From the NCBI RefSeq assembly GCF_009914755.1, contig NC_060941.1: DNA of 64,000 nt; one strand, 5' to 3'. The stretch comes from the human T2T-CHM13v2.0 reference genome, Homo sapiens. The notes below the pieces were generated by a model. The model saw only the letters and a list, made by a program, of their open reading frames with translations. It was not told the DNA's origin and searched no databases. Positions 44,946-59,644 of this stretch are shown piece by piece. Both the position numbers and the translations under genes were made by a program. Each line of letters starts with the position of its first letter. Position 1 is the stretch's first letter.

Positions 44946-47744
44946 AATTACCAAGAGTTGGGTGTCATTTATTTATGCCTCCACACTGTAATTCCGAGGT
45001 CGCTGCTTTCCTGATTCTGTGCTGATCCTGGCAAGTGACAGGTGCACAAAAACCTTTGTTCAATTTTGAATTAACCAGGCTGTAAAGGAGTAGCTTTGCT
45101 TTGCCAAGGGCTCATGGTGCCAGAGGCTCAAGGAAGCCAGCACTTTGCAGAGTACATGGATATTAGTTTCAGCTCTCTCCTTTTAAAGGGCTGAACCTGG
45201 GAGAAAGACATAACCTCACAATTTTTCCTCCTGCTGAATAAAAGTCCCTATGGGGGAACAGGTCTGTCTTAACATATGAGGTTTCTCCTAGGTTGAACTT
45301 TGCATGCACTCTATTAAAATATGAACATTAGTCCATGCAGTTTGCAAACACTTCTGCATATATGACTTACTTGAACTTATGTGGATGAAGGTCACTTAAA
45401 TATAATTCTGCTTTAAGTGTCAACTATTTTAATTACAGAACAAGGAAACTGGACTGTGATGATTCTATCAGCTCTAAAAGATTCTATAAATTTTAGACTT
45501 CAAATGAACACCTCTAAATTCTTCTTCAAGGTTTAAAAATCATTTAAGACACCTTAAGTCTGGGTGCCTGCTTAACAGGACATCATTTATTTTCAAATTA
45601 TTCTGTATTAACTTTGGTTCTATTAGAGGGCCACATTTTCCTTATGGCATCTATAACATAGGTGGATGTTATCTAACATGCTCTATTTTTGACTTCATCT
45701 TTTAACTCTTTCTTTAAATGTTCTCATTGCTAATGAGCAAGTTTATTTAGAGCACAGGGATGAGAAATGTATATGGAAGTGACCATTTGGCTAATTGGCC
45801 ACTATCTTATGAAATTAATCTAGTGAAGAGAAACTATTTTTTAAAAGGAAGTTTCTGGATAAGCTGTTAATTGCAATTATTTATTCTCTCTTGAAGAACC
45901 GTAGATGGTTGATAAAATGCAGGCAGGTTCTGTATAAACTTGGTCCTGGGTAGTTGGAATACTTATGACAGTGACTTTCATGCGAAGTCACTGTTTGCCT
46001 GTATATAAATCACATTTTCTCATAGCCTCCCTATTTAAATTTGGAAACGAAAATACTCCACTTCACTAGGTAATACTTTTAAATTAGTCTCAAATAGGAC
46101 ATAACAAATGAATCCAAAACATAACCTACAACTCACTGACAATGCAAGAACAACTTTGCCAGGAAGCAGTGTTAGCTAACACAGAATGCACGCTTTAAGT
46201 GCAAGCTGCACTGGTGCTTGGAAGAATGAAAACAAAAGTTTACTGAAGGCTGAGCTTTTGATTTTTACAAAAATTCTTTCAATTCTACTGAGAAATAATT
46301 TCAGGTGTTCATATCCATCTGGAGGCCAGAATGTAAGAGACAAAAGCTACTTTACAGAGCATGCAGAAGTTACACTGAGGCTCTGAGAACCCACTACAAG
46401 AATGGCTTGCCCAGGAAAAGAAAGAGCAGTATTCAAAGCACTACTATTTACTGCTTCGGAGGCCTTCAGGGGAATTTTGAGCTGGGAAAATATAAGCCAT
46501 ATTTATCTTTTTGAAAAATCTTTATTAAAAATATACCAGAAGTATGTGGAAGAAATGTAGAAGAAAAACAGATTGACAACTAAGAGAATGAAGTCACTAC
46601 AGCAAAGTTTCAACTGTTGTGCAGTGTTTGAGGGTCTGTAAATAGTTCCACTATAAACCTTCACTCCCCACATTTTAATTATTTTCACATATAAGTTTGT
46701 TCCTAGCTGAAAGTGTCTAGAGTGAACTTTTTTAGGCTTCTCTTTTCCAAATTATGGACAAATTATAACTACAGACAAAACTGATTATATGTATGGGGGC
46801 AGGGGTGGCACAAACAGGGTCAGGGTAGACCCAAACAAAGTTAGTTTAACAAGATGGATTGTCTCTAAAGACAAGATTTGATTTACTGACATGTGTAAAG
46901 AAAGTGTTTCTAAGAATAGAAGCTGACCAGCCCTTAACTTGAAACAGAAATTGTCAGAGATGTTGGAGATAATGATGCCACAATCTGCCCCAGGAAGTAC
47001 ATGCTTTGCTGGGCCACCATGATCCATTCTTTCTACCTGGCTGAGATATTCTACTGTCTAAGCGGTGTGTGGCCAATGGTAACTCCCAATCCATTCATTT
47101 CTTAATTCACTCACTCATTCTTGTATTCTTACTGAACTTATGTTTTATGCTAACTCACTTCCAGACAGGTGGTGCATACTTATTGAATCATGAATAAATT
47201 CTGCGACCCCTTCTTCTGATGCCCTGGTCATGATGAAGTGATCTTCTGCCAAGGCATCTTCCTCTTCACACAGAATGCCCCAGCTTGACCTTGGGCAGTT
47301 CTGTCTCATGTACAGTTACGGTTTTCATTGCATCTGGTTTTTCATATCAGTTCTTGCGGCCTTTGCCAATGTGACCTGGCATCTTCGAAGATGACACTGA
47401 GCATCTGGATCCTCTAAACATAAAAAGAAGTCAGTGATGGTGGAGATAAGGTCAGTGGCATGTGGTGGGGACCTATCTGGATGGCCAGTTCTTCACAGGT
47501 CATAATCTCTATGAATTGTTCCAAGCCTTCTTAACTATGTACAGCTTAAGTTTATTCACATGTAAGAAATGAAAAATTCATGTCACTAGCTATTTAGGGG
47601 TTTACATAAGGCTACTTACATTTTGAAATGTGAACATATGCAATTAATAAGACCTACTCTGTTTTATCCGAGTATATTTTCAAAGTCAGCAAAGAAGGAC
47701 ATTATTTTTGTAAATGGGCACTTCCTAGGTATTAAGAAGAAAGT

Positions 47745-49343
47745 ATCTTTGCTGGGGCCTATGTCAAAAATGCTAATTCCTAGGTTATATTGAAGGATTT
47801 TTATAGTTTGAGGTTTCACATTTAATTCTTTAATTCATCTTGAGTTGATATTTGTATATGGTGTAAGGAAGGGGTCCAGTTTCAATCTTTTGCATGTGGC
47901 TACCCAGTTATCCCAGCACCATTTATTGAATAGGGAGTCCTTTCCCCATTGCTTTTGTCAACTTTGTCAAAGATCAGATGATTACAGGTGTGTGGCATTA
48001 TTTCTAGGCTCTCTATTCTGTTCTGTTGGTCTATGTGTATGCTTTTGTACCAGTACCAGGCTGTTTTGGTTACGGTAGCCCTGTAGTGTAGTTTCAAGTC
48101 ACATAAATTGATGCCTCCAAGTTTTGTTCTTTTTGCTTAGAATTGATTGCCTTGGCTATTTGGGCTTTTATGGTTCTGTATGAATTTTAAAATAGTTTTT
48201 TCTAATTCCGTGAAGAATGTCATTGGTAGTTTGATAGGGATAGCACTGAATCTGTAAATTGCTTTGAGTAGCATGGCCATTTAAATAATATTGCTTCTTC
48301 CTATCCATGAGCATGGGATATTTTTTCACTGTTTGTATCATCTCTGATTTCTTTGAGCAGTGTTTTTGCAGTTCTTATTGTAGAGATCATACACCTCCTC
48401 AGATGCCAAAATCAACTGCAACAAATACAAAAATTGACAAATAAGATCTAATCAAAGAGCTTCTGCACAAGAAAAACTAACAAGACAATAAACAGACAAA
48501 CCTACAGATTGGGAGAAAATCTTTTCAAATTATGCATCCAACAAAGGTCTAACATCCAGTCTATAAGGAACTTAAATTAAGCAAAAACCAAATAGCCCCA
48601 ACATCTCACACCAATCAGAATGGCTATTACAAAAAAGAAAAAATAACAGATGCTGGAGAGGTCATGAAGATGATGCAATGCTTACAGAGTGCTGGTGAAA
48701 ATGTAAATTAGTTCAGCCATTGTGGAAAGCAGTGTGGGTGTTTATCAAAGAACTTACAACAGAAGTACCATTTGACCTAGCAATCCCATTACTGGCTGTA
48801 TACCCAAAGGAAAATAAATCATTCTACATGATTCATGCATGATTCAGTTACATACATGTGTGTTAATCACAGCACTACTCACATTGGCAAAGATATAGAA
48901 TCAACCAAAATGGCCATGAACAGCAGACTGGATAAAGAAAATGTAGTACACATACACCATGGAATACTATGCAGCCATAAAAAAGAATGAGATCATGTCC
49001 TTTGCAGCAACATGGATAAAGCTGGAGACCATTATCCTAAGCAAATAATTGTAAGATCAGAAAATCACATATTGTACTTTCTCACTTAGTAGTAAGAGTT
49101 AAAACATTGAGAACACATGGGCACAAAGAAGGCAGCAACAGACACTGGGGCCTACTTGAGGGTGGGAGGTGGGAGGAAGGAGAGGATTAAAAAACTGCCT
49201 TATCAGGTACTATGCTTATTATCTGGGTGACAAAATAATCTGTACACCAAACCCTCATGACATGCATTTTTTCTGTGTAACAAACCTGTACATGTACCCC
49301 TGAACCTAAAAGTTAAAAAATAAAAAGCCCCCTCCAAAAAAAA
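47745..49343 (+). mobile_element. 5'-inverted (twin-primed) old L1PA (L1PA15/16-like) inserted in a MIR
   Basis: 47745-48399 is antisense ORF2; 48400-49343 is sense ORF2 end plus 3'UTR. The two parts are nearly contiguous in L1 coordinates. TSD approximately 'aagaaagt' / 'aaaaaagt'. Confidence 0.82.
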
Positions 49344-49344
49344 A

Positions 49345-50045
49345 AGTGCCTTAAGTGCTTTAGGAATATTATCTTACTTAATCTGTACAATAACCCTACA
49401 AGGTAGACTATTTTCATCTTCATTTATGATGATCACAGAGATGACAAGTAATTTGTCCAAGGTCACACAAGTTACTGATGGAGGAACCAGCATTGGGGGT
49501 TGAGTTCAGACAATGTAGTTCTATAGTCCATGTTCCTGATCATTAAGCTATGCTGTGCTGTTTCTCAAAAATAGTAACAGCTCATACATACATGGCATTT
49601 GCTCCATGCCAGGAATTGCTCTAAGCACTGATACATACATGAGTTAATGTAACCCCCGAGGTCACCCATGGGAGGCAGTATAGTGAGGTGGGGAGGAGCT
49701 TTGATGCTGGAGTTCAGTGGCTGCACTTGAATCTGGCCTTTGCACTTTTAGGTCTGTGATTCAAACATGTTATTTCAAGTCTCTCTGCTCCCTTCCTCTC
49801 ATTTATAAATTGTGGACAATCACATACATCCCCCATATTTGTGGTAAAGATGAAATGAGCTCTGTATGTGTGAGTTCTGGGAATGCTGTCTGGCACATGG
49901 TAAGGTCCTGACTATTATTACTATTTGCCAAACACCAGGACTCTACCTTAAATAAGTTTAGGAGGTTCAAATACCTTTTCTGCTACAGCACAAGAATTTC
50001 GACCCCAGCCTTCTCGCTGTGGTACATGTGTTATTTCTACTACAT
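49345..50045. mobile_element. Cluster of MIR SINE fragments
   Basis: Core MIR motifs: 'aagtaatttgtccaaggtcacaca', 'gtggtaaagatgaaatgag', 'atgccaggaattgctctaagcact'. Confidence 0.65.
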
Positions 50046-51354
50046 CCTGCTTTTACAAAATAAACATCAGCTATGGGACCTGCTACTCTAGTCTCTGGTC
50101 ATTGATAGCATTTTCTAATATATTGTAAATGCTAAAGTTGTTGAGAAGTGAGCAAAGGCATAAACTTTCGAGGCACAAATGCAAAATAACATATAAGCAG
50201 AAACCAAGCCTGAAATGAAGAGTAAAACCCAAACTGACCATGGTTCAAAATACTAATGATTATAACAATACTCCAGGGTCTTTTAGTACAAGGTTAGGCT
50301 AGTAAGCATTTTAGTACTAGTTCATTAATAAAGATTTTGATGCTTTCAGGAACGTATTTCATATAGTTATAAACAATCTATGACATTTTGTTAACCCCTA
50401 AGAAGTATGTTTAAAAAAAAAAAAGATTTAACCTATGGTTTCTGTCTTATCCCAAAATAGCTTTTAATGTTTCTGACCAAAGTGAAGTTTGTAACCTGAG
50501 GTCCCTAGAATTACTATGATTCATGAATAAAATTGGGGGGGTGGGGGTAAGTCCACGAATTACCTTAAATTACATTTTCTTTCTGCGGAAATGATCTCGA
50601 TATTTCAATGGTTTTGAAAGAAGTTCTGTGTCTTCCAAAGGTGAGGAACATTTGGGCCAGAGTGTACAAGGCTGGGCAGTACTATGGAAAACAGTTAAGG
50701 GCACAAGGGTCTCCCTGTTCTCACGTGGGCTGGGGGCTTCTGCTTGGAGATCCTCTCTCTAAGTCCTGGACTCCACAAGGGCGTTGAACAGAGCTAACGC
50801 TGATGGAGACAAAAACAAACTGTATATGGCAAGATGAAGGCTAAGGTCAGGACCCCAATCAGGTAGCAAACCCCATCAAATTAGCGCAGTTCACAGTTCA
50901 GAAAGAAAGAAATGATGTAGACAGAATCAAGGCACATAAGCTTAAAAGAGTAACGTGTGCATCCCAACAATCTATAGCTCAGGTTACAACATCAAAGATG
51001 ATGACAATTAACATGTTTTCAGACATGACTTTATCATTGAAAACTTGCTTTTTATTGCTTTGCCATGAGAAGCCTCATAACTAAGAAAGCAGGGGCTGGA
51101 TCTGGATTAACCATGTGGTTTTGGGGGGTGAGCATGCAGTATACAGGAAACAGTACATCAGGACTGAGCCTCTTTCTTGGGGGACCCCAATGCACAGATC
51201 TGGAAAATTCTCACTTAGAAGTGAGGAAGGATGCTCAGTGCTAGGCAAGCCATGTCTAGAACAGACTCGTAGCACTTTCTTCAGTAACAGCCTTGCATGG
51301 TCTTTCCCTGAATTATCTGACTCTTGAGGTGTTTTAAAATTAAAACTAAACAGG

Positions 51355-51672
51355 AGCCCAGTGCAATGGCTCATGCCTGTAATACCACTGCTTTGGGAGG
51401 CCAAGGTGGGAGGATCCCATGAGTCCAGGAGTTTGAGACCAGCGTGGGCAACACAGGAAGTTTCCAACTCTACAAAAAACAAAATAAAATATATTAGCCA
51501 GGCGTGGTGGTGTGCAACTGTGTTCCTAGCTGCTTTGGAGGCTGAGGTGGGAGAATTACATGAGCCCAGGGGTTCGATGCTTCAGAGAGCTATGATCCCA
51601 GTAACTGCACTCCAGTGTGGGTGACAGAGTGAGATCGTGTCTCTAAACAAAACCAAAACCAAATAAAAATCA
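51355..51672 (+). mobile_element. AluJ
   Basis: Diverged dimeric Alu. Confidence 0.85.
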
Positions 51673-53864
51673 AAAGAACACTTATCCAGGGCCCCCATGG
51701 CTGCCACCATGAGGCCAGCCGGTGTTCTCTCCAGTCAGTAATGTGTGAGTGCCTTCATCCAGCTTGCAGCCTGAGTAGTCTCCAAGGTTGTATTTTGATT
51801 GCAAAATATTATCACTTCTGGGGAATCCCACCCACCTGCATGCTCTTCTGCCTTTCACTTTAACCTACTTTTGAAATCTCCACTCTGCCCTATCTCTAAC
51901 TACAAACATGCAACAGCAGATACAACTTCCTCTCCTTTGAGCCCCTTGTTTGCTAAATCATAAATCTTGAATGTTACCATTGTACTAATGTCTGGTCATT
52001 CAGACAACATGAAGTTAATATCAGGTCATCATATATTAATGGCCAGAGAGAAAACAAACTGAGGAGAGACAGGAAGAACATATTAATACCAAAAAAGGAA
52101 CAGATCTGGCTTAAATGGGATGCCTTCAATTTGCAGAAACATCACCCATTATTATCAAAGGTCATAGTCAGTTACTGCTAGAAAAATCAATAAAATTAAG
52201 GGTGGATGGGAGGAAGAGACCCAATACGTAAATTTATAGTATGTCCTCTGTATCAAAGGAACTTGGTGAACAACTGTGCGTTACTAACTTTTGGAAATAA
52301 AATTAGTTGTCAACATAGTAGACCATTTACATAGTTTCATAGGTTCCTGTTGTGAATATACTTTAAAGAACTGTATTAGTGCAAAACAGAGAAAAAATAG
52401 GGCAAGAAGACATTTAAAGATTGCATCTGCCTGTTGGTCTTCATCACCCATTTTCTTGGCCTCTTGAAGGTGTTAATGTTTTTTCTGTTTGTTTTTCAAT
52501 GAAAGTGATCCTTGAACATATTCTACCTGTCCATGCCACTTAGTGCAGATTATCAGTGATCTTGATTACTGGTGATGAAAGGCTATTAGTCCATTATGCT
52601 TGTGGTATATAATAGAAGATTCTAGCTTTCTCACTGGAACATCATGGTCTGAATGTATTATTCTTAATATGGTATGTATAGTCTTGACTGCATGGTAGAT
52701 GAAAAATATTCATTCATTTTCCCTCCTCTCCCTGCACCACCACCAGCAGTGATGTTAGTCCTACCAGTTTGAGAAGTCCAATCTGCAGCCCATCTTGTAC
52801 CAGGGAAAGGCTGCCATGACCTGGTAAACAGGGCATTAGCCAGTGCCCTTCTCCATTAAGGGCAGACCGGTTGTCTACTGCAAACTGATGACATTTGCCA
52901 TTTCTTATCTGCTTACAAATACATTTGCTCATTAACACTAGAATGCTACCTGAGAGGGTTACTGAGCTATTAAGTATCAGTCACACTAATTCTGCAGAAA
53001 GTGACTTCTCTAATGGCATTTCTCTTTAAAGAATAATCTCCTGCAGGGGGAGAGGAGCAGAGAGAACAGACAAAGGGAAGGTAGCCTGGTGAGGGGCCAT
53101 GTCTAGACTTTGGCAATTTCAGTCTCTACTTTAGCGGTCTGTTTAGTCCCGTTAATCTAGAGGTCCTCAATATTGAAAATACAAGTAGGAGCAACTTAAT
53201 GTTCTTGCTATCTATGAAAATATAGGTTGCTAATCAAGTTATTGGGAAGATAAGCTCGGGAGTATTTTGGGTATTTTACAATTGAATTTTCTCATGAATT
53301 TACAAAAACTTAATTTCAAATTATCATAAAATGTATTAAATCTCATGTTATGACACTTAGTTTAGAACATTTGGAAAGCCATTAGGATGAATTTCAAACC
53401 CATAACAACAGGTTCCTCTAAAGATTGATGAATTCCATTTGGTAGCAGCAGGGTTGGGAGGTGTCTAGAACTGGACTCTGACATGTGTCCTTGTTCTGTC
53501 CCACGTGTAAGAGCTCAAGCTGAGCCTGGCTTCCTGAAGACCTCAGCAAACCCTATGTAATGGGGCCTGCTTTGTGCCAGGTTCACACTGGAAAGTCTAC
53601 AGACGACTTTGCATCTGGCTAGCAAAGTGACCTTGGAAGGAGCCATTACCAACTTCATGTCATACACGAGGAAAGACAATGGGGGCTCCAGCAGGTCATC
53701 TAGACCGGAGTGCAGAGTACCCTAGTGGTGATGTGAGACTGCTGACTCTGTGTGATGTCACCCAGGTTCCTGGGGCAGCTGTGGGCATGGGACTGGATCA
53801 GCTTCCACAGTGGCTCCATTTCAGCCACAGCTGGAGCTTTTCCACCCCAAAGCTTTGCTGTCCA

Positions 53865-54035
53865 ATGCTACCACAGGGAATAACCAAATATAGCTATTTC
53901 TATCAATATTAAAATTCAGTTCCTCACTTGTAATAGCTGTATTTCAAGTATGCAGGAGTCACATATGACTTGTAGCTACGATATTGCACAGCGCAGAGAT
54001 TATTCCCACCACTGCAGAAAGTTTCAGTACATGGG
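53865..54035. mobile_element. MER3-like DNA transposon relic
   Basis: 'taaaattcagttcctca...atttcaagt...gtagctacgatattgcacagcgcag...actgcagaaagttt'. Confidence 0.55.
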
Positions 54036-54099
54036 CAGATCCAAGTGTTGGAATTCTGCTCTCTGGCCACAAAGGCCTTTTCTCCTAAATTACGACTCA

Positions 54100-54960
54100 G
54101 CAGCGGGGCCCAGCCTCACTATGTTAGCTCCTTCCCTCTCCTCATCATCCAGTGGACACCTCTGATTGCCCTTCTTCCAAGCCTGGACTTTCCTACCCCA
54201 ATTACCTTGGCATCCTTGATTCCCTTGGTCACTGACTTTGTGTACACACCCCTCGCTCCATGCCTAACCTTTGGCAGGTCACATCCTTTTGACTTTCCTG
54301 CGACTGTTCCTGGGATGTAGCCTATTGCTGGAAATAATGATAAAAATAATAGAATGGGAAGAACGTGTGCTAGTCAGCCTTAACTGGGTGTTATCTGCTT
54401 CTTACTCCTTCAGTTCATCCCATATTGACTCACTAACTCATCCCTTAGGATGCCTCATTCGCTAAAACCTCAGCTCCCTCATGACCCCCACCCTCTGCAG
54501 ATGACCCACTTCATAGGTTGGGAAAATCACCCAAAAACCATTGACATGAGCTTCCTCAACATTTCCTGTGGCTTTCTCCTGTTTCCTTTAGCCAAGGTGA
54601 CCTGTCAGCTGCTCTCCACCTGGGAGTACTAATTTCCTGCTCCCAGATCTTCGTTCATGATGTTTCTCCATTCAGAAGGCCTCTTTCCAATCTCACCTCT
54701 GCCACAAAACTGGTTTTGGGTCATCCCACCTCAAAGCAACCCCTTCCTACTCCAAATTTCCCTAACATTTTATCTGTATCTGTTCCTCTCACAGATGTCA
54801 CCGGGCACTGTACCTACTAAAGTACATATAGGTGACTGCACATCTTCCCCACTAAACACAACCACTGCAAGAAGGGGGTGCTTGCCAGATTCAGCCTGGC
54901 TCCCCAGCAGCCACCAGCACAGTTCCCTGTGTAGAGAGTAGCTGGTGCATATTGACTGAA
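54100..54960. mobile_element. L2 LINE fragments
   Basis: Pyrimidine-rich L2-like text ending in 'attgactgaatg'. Confidence 0.4.
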
Positions 54961-55860
54961 TGGCTATCTATGTATCTACTTTTGCAAATGTCAGACTTAC
55001 TTCTAAGGTAGACAGATTGAATTCAATAAAGAATTGATGGGCACATTTCTCCTAATAATCTCAACATGAAGTTCTAACTAAACAATTACATGACCAAAAC
55101 ATCTGATGGGAAGACAGAAGTGTACTTGTTGATGGCTAGAATTGCAATAAAAGTGCAGTGTCTTCCTGAGGGAGGGTGAAGTGGGTACAAAATGATAGGA
55201 AGTGGGCAAAAGAAACAAAAAAAGACATCAAAGCAGAAATAAACTTACCTTGGGTAGCGATGTAATGATTGGGTCGATAACAAACCTAAAAGTAAATAAA
55301 AGAGAATATTTGAAAAACATAAAATCAACAAACAGCAGAAAAGCCACATGCTAACTTTGCCGAAATGAATGTGTACATGAACACCAACAACTGCATCACC
55401 TCAAAGTGAAATTGGCAGACCCAGCACCACTGAGTTTCTCTTAATAAGTGAAGGTGCATCAAATACAAGAGTTCTGATGCCCATACCAAAGGTGTGGGTA
55501 ACTTAATCATAACTGGCTATGAGATGATGGATGAGCAAGAAACACTAACAACATGGATTCTCAGAAATAACATGAGCATTACTCTTATAAAGTGCAAACA
55601 GGCAGAGAATTTGCAACAGAATTTCATTTGTGTTTGGAATGTTATTGGCAATGTGCCAATGGTTCAACACATATTCTATTAATATAGACAGTTATGTCAA
55701 TAGTGATCCTTGAAACCATTCTTAAACACTGCTAATACCATGACATGGTACTGCACAAGGGCCAGGAATTTAAGGAGGCAGAAATTCTGAAAGACCCCTT
55801 CCTTTTATCATGACCCTGTAAGAAATGAGACAGATAAACATTGGAACCAAAGAAAAAAGG

Positions 55861-56160
55861 GGCCAGGTATGGTGGCTCATGCCTGTAATCCTAGCACACT
55901 TTGGGGAGGCTGAGGCTGGCAGATGGCTTGAGCTTAGGAGTTTGAGACCAGCCTGGGCAACATGGTGAAATCCCACTGCTACAAAAAATACAAAAATGAG
56001 CCAGGTGTAGTGGCATGCACCTGCAGTCCCACCTACTTGAGGGCCTGAGGCAGGAGACTTGCATGAGCCCTGGGGCTCAAGGCTGCAATAAGCCAAGATT
56101 GCACCACTGCACTTCAGCCTGGGTGACAAAGTAAATAAAAGAGAATATTTGAAAAAAAAA
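55861..56160 (+). mobile_element. AluJ whose 3' terminal bases are replaced by a locally templated 29-mer
   Basis: The Alu runs to 'cctgggtgac' and is followed by a copy of 55289-55317. Confidence 0.87.
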
Positions 56161-56639
56161 GAAAAGAAAGAAAAGAAGAGGAGGAAGAAACAAAAAAATG
56201 TAGGGTAAGTATCTGGGAAAGATAAAACAAAATCTCAACTCAGAGAAAATTACACCCAATAACATATCGCCATGGAGCTTAATACTTTCTATTTCTGCCC
56301 GGAGATTACCCAAAATATACTGTGCCCAAAGCTGGCTGGAAAACAGGAAAAAAAAAAAACTTGAACAGAAAACTCAGATTTGTCAGATAACTTAAATGCA
56401 TGTGTTAGATTATTTTGCTCTTAAAAACAAGTAGAAAACAATGAACAACAAAAGCAAACATTCTTTTATCCAGTTGACTTGCTGTAGGTCTCAAATTATA
56501 GAACCATGACCAATATTAAATAGAACTCTTTAAACCATCACTCATTTCTCGTCGGCTGGTAAGTCCCACAAGGAACTTTGACTTATCCACACTATACATC
56601 AGAATGCCTAGCAAGGTCCCCAAGTAGATAGAAGGGACT

Positions 56640-57290
56640 CATCTGATGTTGAAGTGACCCAGAGTCCACAGTGGCCTGTGTTGCTGAACTCAGTCCTCAT
56701 CTACTTGGCCATTGGTAGCATGAGTAAGATCAATCCCCTTAAAATACTGTCTTCACTGGCTCCAGGATATGACTCTCCTGGTTTTCTTCCTACCTACCTC
56801 CCTGGCCACTTGTTCTCAGTTTCACTGGCTGGTTCTTTCTTTTCAACTTGATGTGGAAGGCCTGGTTCTTGGACTTTTCCCCCATCTGTTTTCACTCTCT
56901 GGGTGAGCTCCTCCAGTCCCATGGCCTTGAAGCTTGTCTGTACATGATGAATCCTATGTTATTGTTTCTAGGCCAGACCTTTTCCTGGAAATCTTCATGC
57001 ATACCCACTGCCTGCTCAACACCTCCAGTGGGAAGGCTAATATATATTTAAAGCTTCACACACCTAACAATGAACTCCTCATTTCCTCCCTAGTCCCTAC
57101 CCCAATTTGCTCCACCTGTCTTCTCCTCAGCATCCCTGACCCCTCCTCTCCCTCCTGCACCCCATAGCCAATCTGCCAGCAAATCCTACTGGCTCTACCT
57201 TCAACGTAGCTCAAGGGTCTTGCCATTTCTCACCTCCACTGCCACCTCTCTGATGACTCCCACAGCCACACAGCAGGCTTCTCTGCTTTA
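56640..57290 (+). mobile_element. L2 LINE fragment
   Basis: 'tcagtcctcatctactt', 'ctccagtcccatggc', 'cagcaaatcctactggctctaccttcaa'. Confidence 0.65.
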
Positions 57291-58919
57291 AGTGCCATCT
57301 GAAGACAGGTGCACAGTGTTCACGGTGCTGCCAACAGGGAGGTGATTAGCTGGCACTGGCACCACCTGGCACATCTGGGCATTAAAAGGGAGGAAATCTC
57401 CATTAGAGACACAAATATATAAGTTTCATTAATCCTATCAAGCTCTCGTTAATGCTATTATGCCTGACATGAGAATTCACTAGGCTTCCTGATGAAAATA
57501 AGACGGATACATATCTCTAAGAATAATGTACACAAATTATATGGCAAAAATATAAAAGTTCATACAATGGGCAATAGAATAAATATGAATGGCCATCCAA
57601 CAGATGAAAAATTTCTTGTTAATTCAAATTACTTTTGAATAGGAAAAAGTATTTGCTAAACACTTTGAATCATTATGTATATGTGTTGTATCTAACACTT
57701 ATTAAAGCAAAGATCTACAGAAACAGCACTTCCTGAAATTTCTTTAGTAAATGAATTTAAGATCATTAATTTTGTTTAAAGGACAAAAATTGTCTTATTC
57801 ATCTTTATATATCCTTTGCATTATATCCAATGCAAAGGCTAACTCAAAGTTATTTAATGAATATGGAAAGAAGGAAAAAAGACAGCCAAAGAAAGTCAAG
57901 AGGGAAAGCTGAGAAGAGGGAGAGGGAAAAACAAGTAAAAAATATGAAGGTCCATGACAGATCCTAACTTAGCACATGAGGGGTTATTGAAATTCACCAA
58001 CAAAAAGTTGGGGGAAAAGACCTAAATTTAGACAAGGCTGTCAAACTGTAGTTTCTTTTGTCAGCAATTTATAGATCTTATATCCCAGCTGAAAATCACT
58101 TGCTAATCTAATGTCAAATCCAAGTTCAAAGAGACTTATGTAGACTTAATCAACAGGGAGAAATCACTGATAGTTATAAAGATCCTGATCACAGAGGACT
58201 TTCTGGCTGGAAACAATGATCTTAGGGCTACCAAAGTCTTCAGAGCCAAAATAAAGCTAGAATGCTTAACAAAACAAGATGGGAGAGGTGGCAGTAAGAG
58301 AAGACTGGAATTATTTGAGTTAGTTCAGACTTGTTATTTAGTTACTCGTCTATGGGGAGTTGGAATGTACCCCCCAGTCTCTTCTTCACAGAGATTTACG
58401 TAAGGAGGAAAATGTTCCATCTAAATCATTTAGGAAGTTCCAGGCAACTGACCTGAGAGTATCACGTAATCCAGACCCCAATTTGCTTACTCCTCTTCCA
58501 ACTGAGTTAGTAGTATACAGGTAACGACTATCTGCCGTGAGACAGCATCCCAAATCAGCATCTCAAAGCATTTTTTCACCGGTAAATTATATATATGCTT
58601 TTTCCATTGAAATTATAAACATGCTTTTTGTAACGTAAAAGCCATTAAGGAGGCTGAGTGGATGATAACCTCCCACTTCTAAAATAAGAGCTTCAGTGTG
58701 ACTTTCAGGGAAGGTGGCTTGAACCCCCAAATCAAACATTCAAAATGCATGTGGACCAGGGTCCAAGAGAAGGTCAAATAGTTATCAGCAGGAAAATGTG
58801 GTTTAGCCTGCCAAGTGTTTTTCTTTTTTTTTGAAAAGCTTGTATTGAGTCAAGTTTAAACATTCCTAATTACAATTTGAAATGACTAATTCTAATTTTA
58901 ATTTGAAGTAACTGAGTAC

Positions 58920-59090
58920 AGTACAACAGTTTAATAATTGTGTAGTAAGACGCAGGAGCTCTTATCAGCTCAGTAAGTGACCTTGAAACTCTTTGAACAT
59001 CAGTTTCTTCATCTGTAAGATGAGAATAATAATACGTACCTGAAGGTTTACAGCGATGGCCAGATGAAATAATAGAGTTAAATACATCTA
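58920..59090. mobile_element. MIR fragment
   Basis: 'aagtgaccttg...cagtttcttcatctgtaagatgagaataataat'. Confidence 0.6.
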
Positions 59091-59259
59091 TGTTGTTCTC
59101 TGGTTTAAAGCCACAACTCCAAAAATGGCAAATGAAATTATGTTAATATACTAATGATACACATTGAACTAAAATCTGTTTCTGTGGATTTTCCATTCAA
59201 AGATCTTAATCAGTCTCTGGAGGAATAAAGCACAGAAGTTAAATATCTTTTCTATTTTA

Positions 59260-59644
<385 letters not shown>

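Noticed and set aside
52572-52652. Box C/D snoRNA-like GTGATGA...CTGA spacing
   Set aside because: No convincing terminal stem, no recognisable guide sequence and no host gene; such motifs arise by chance.
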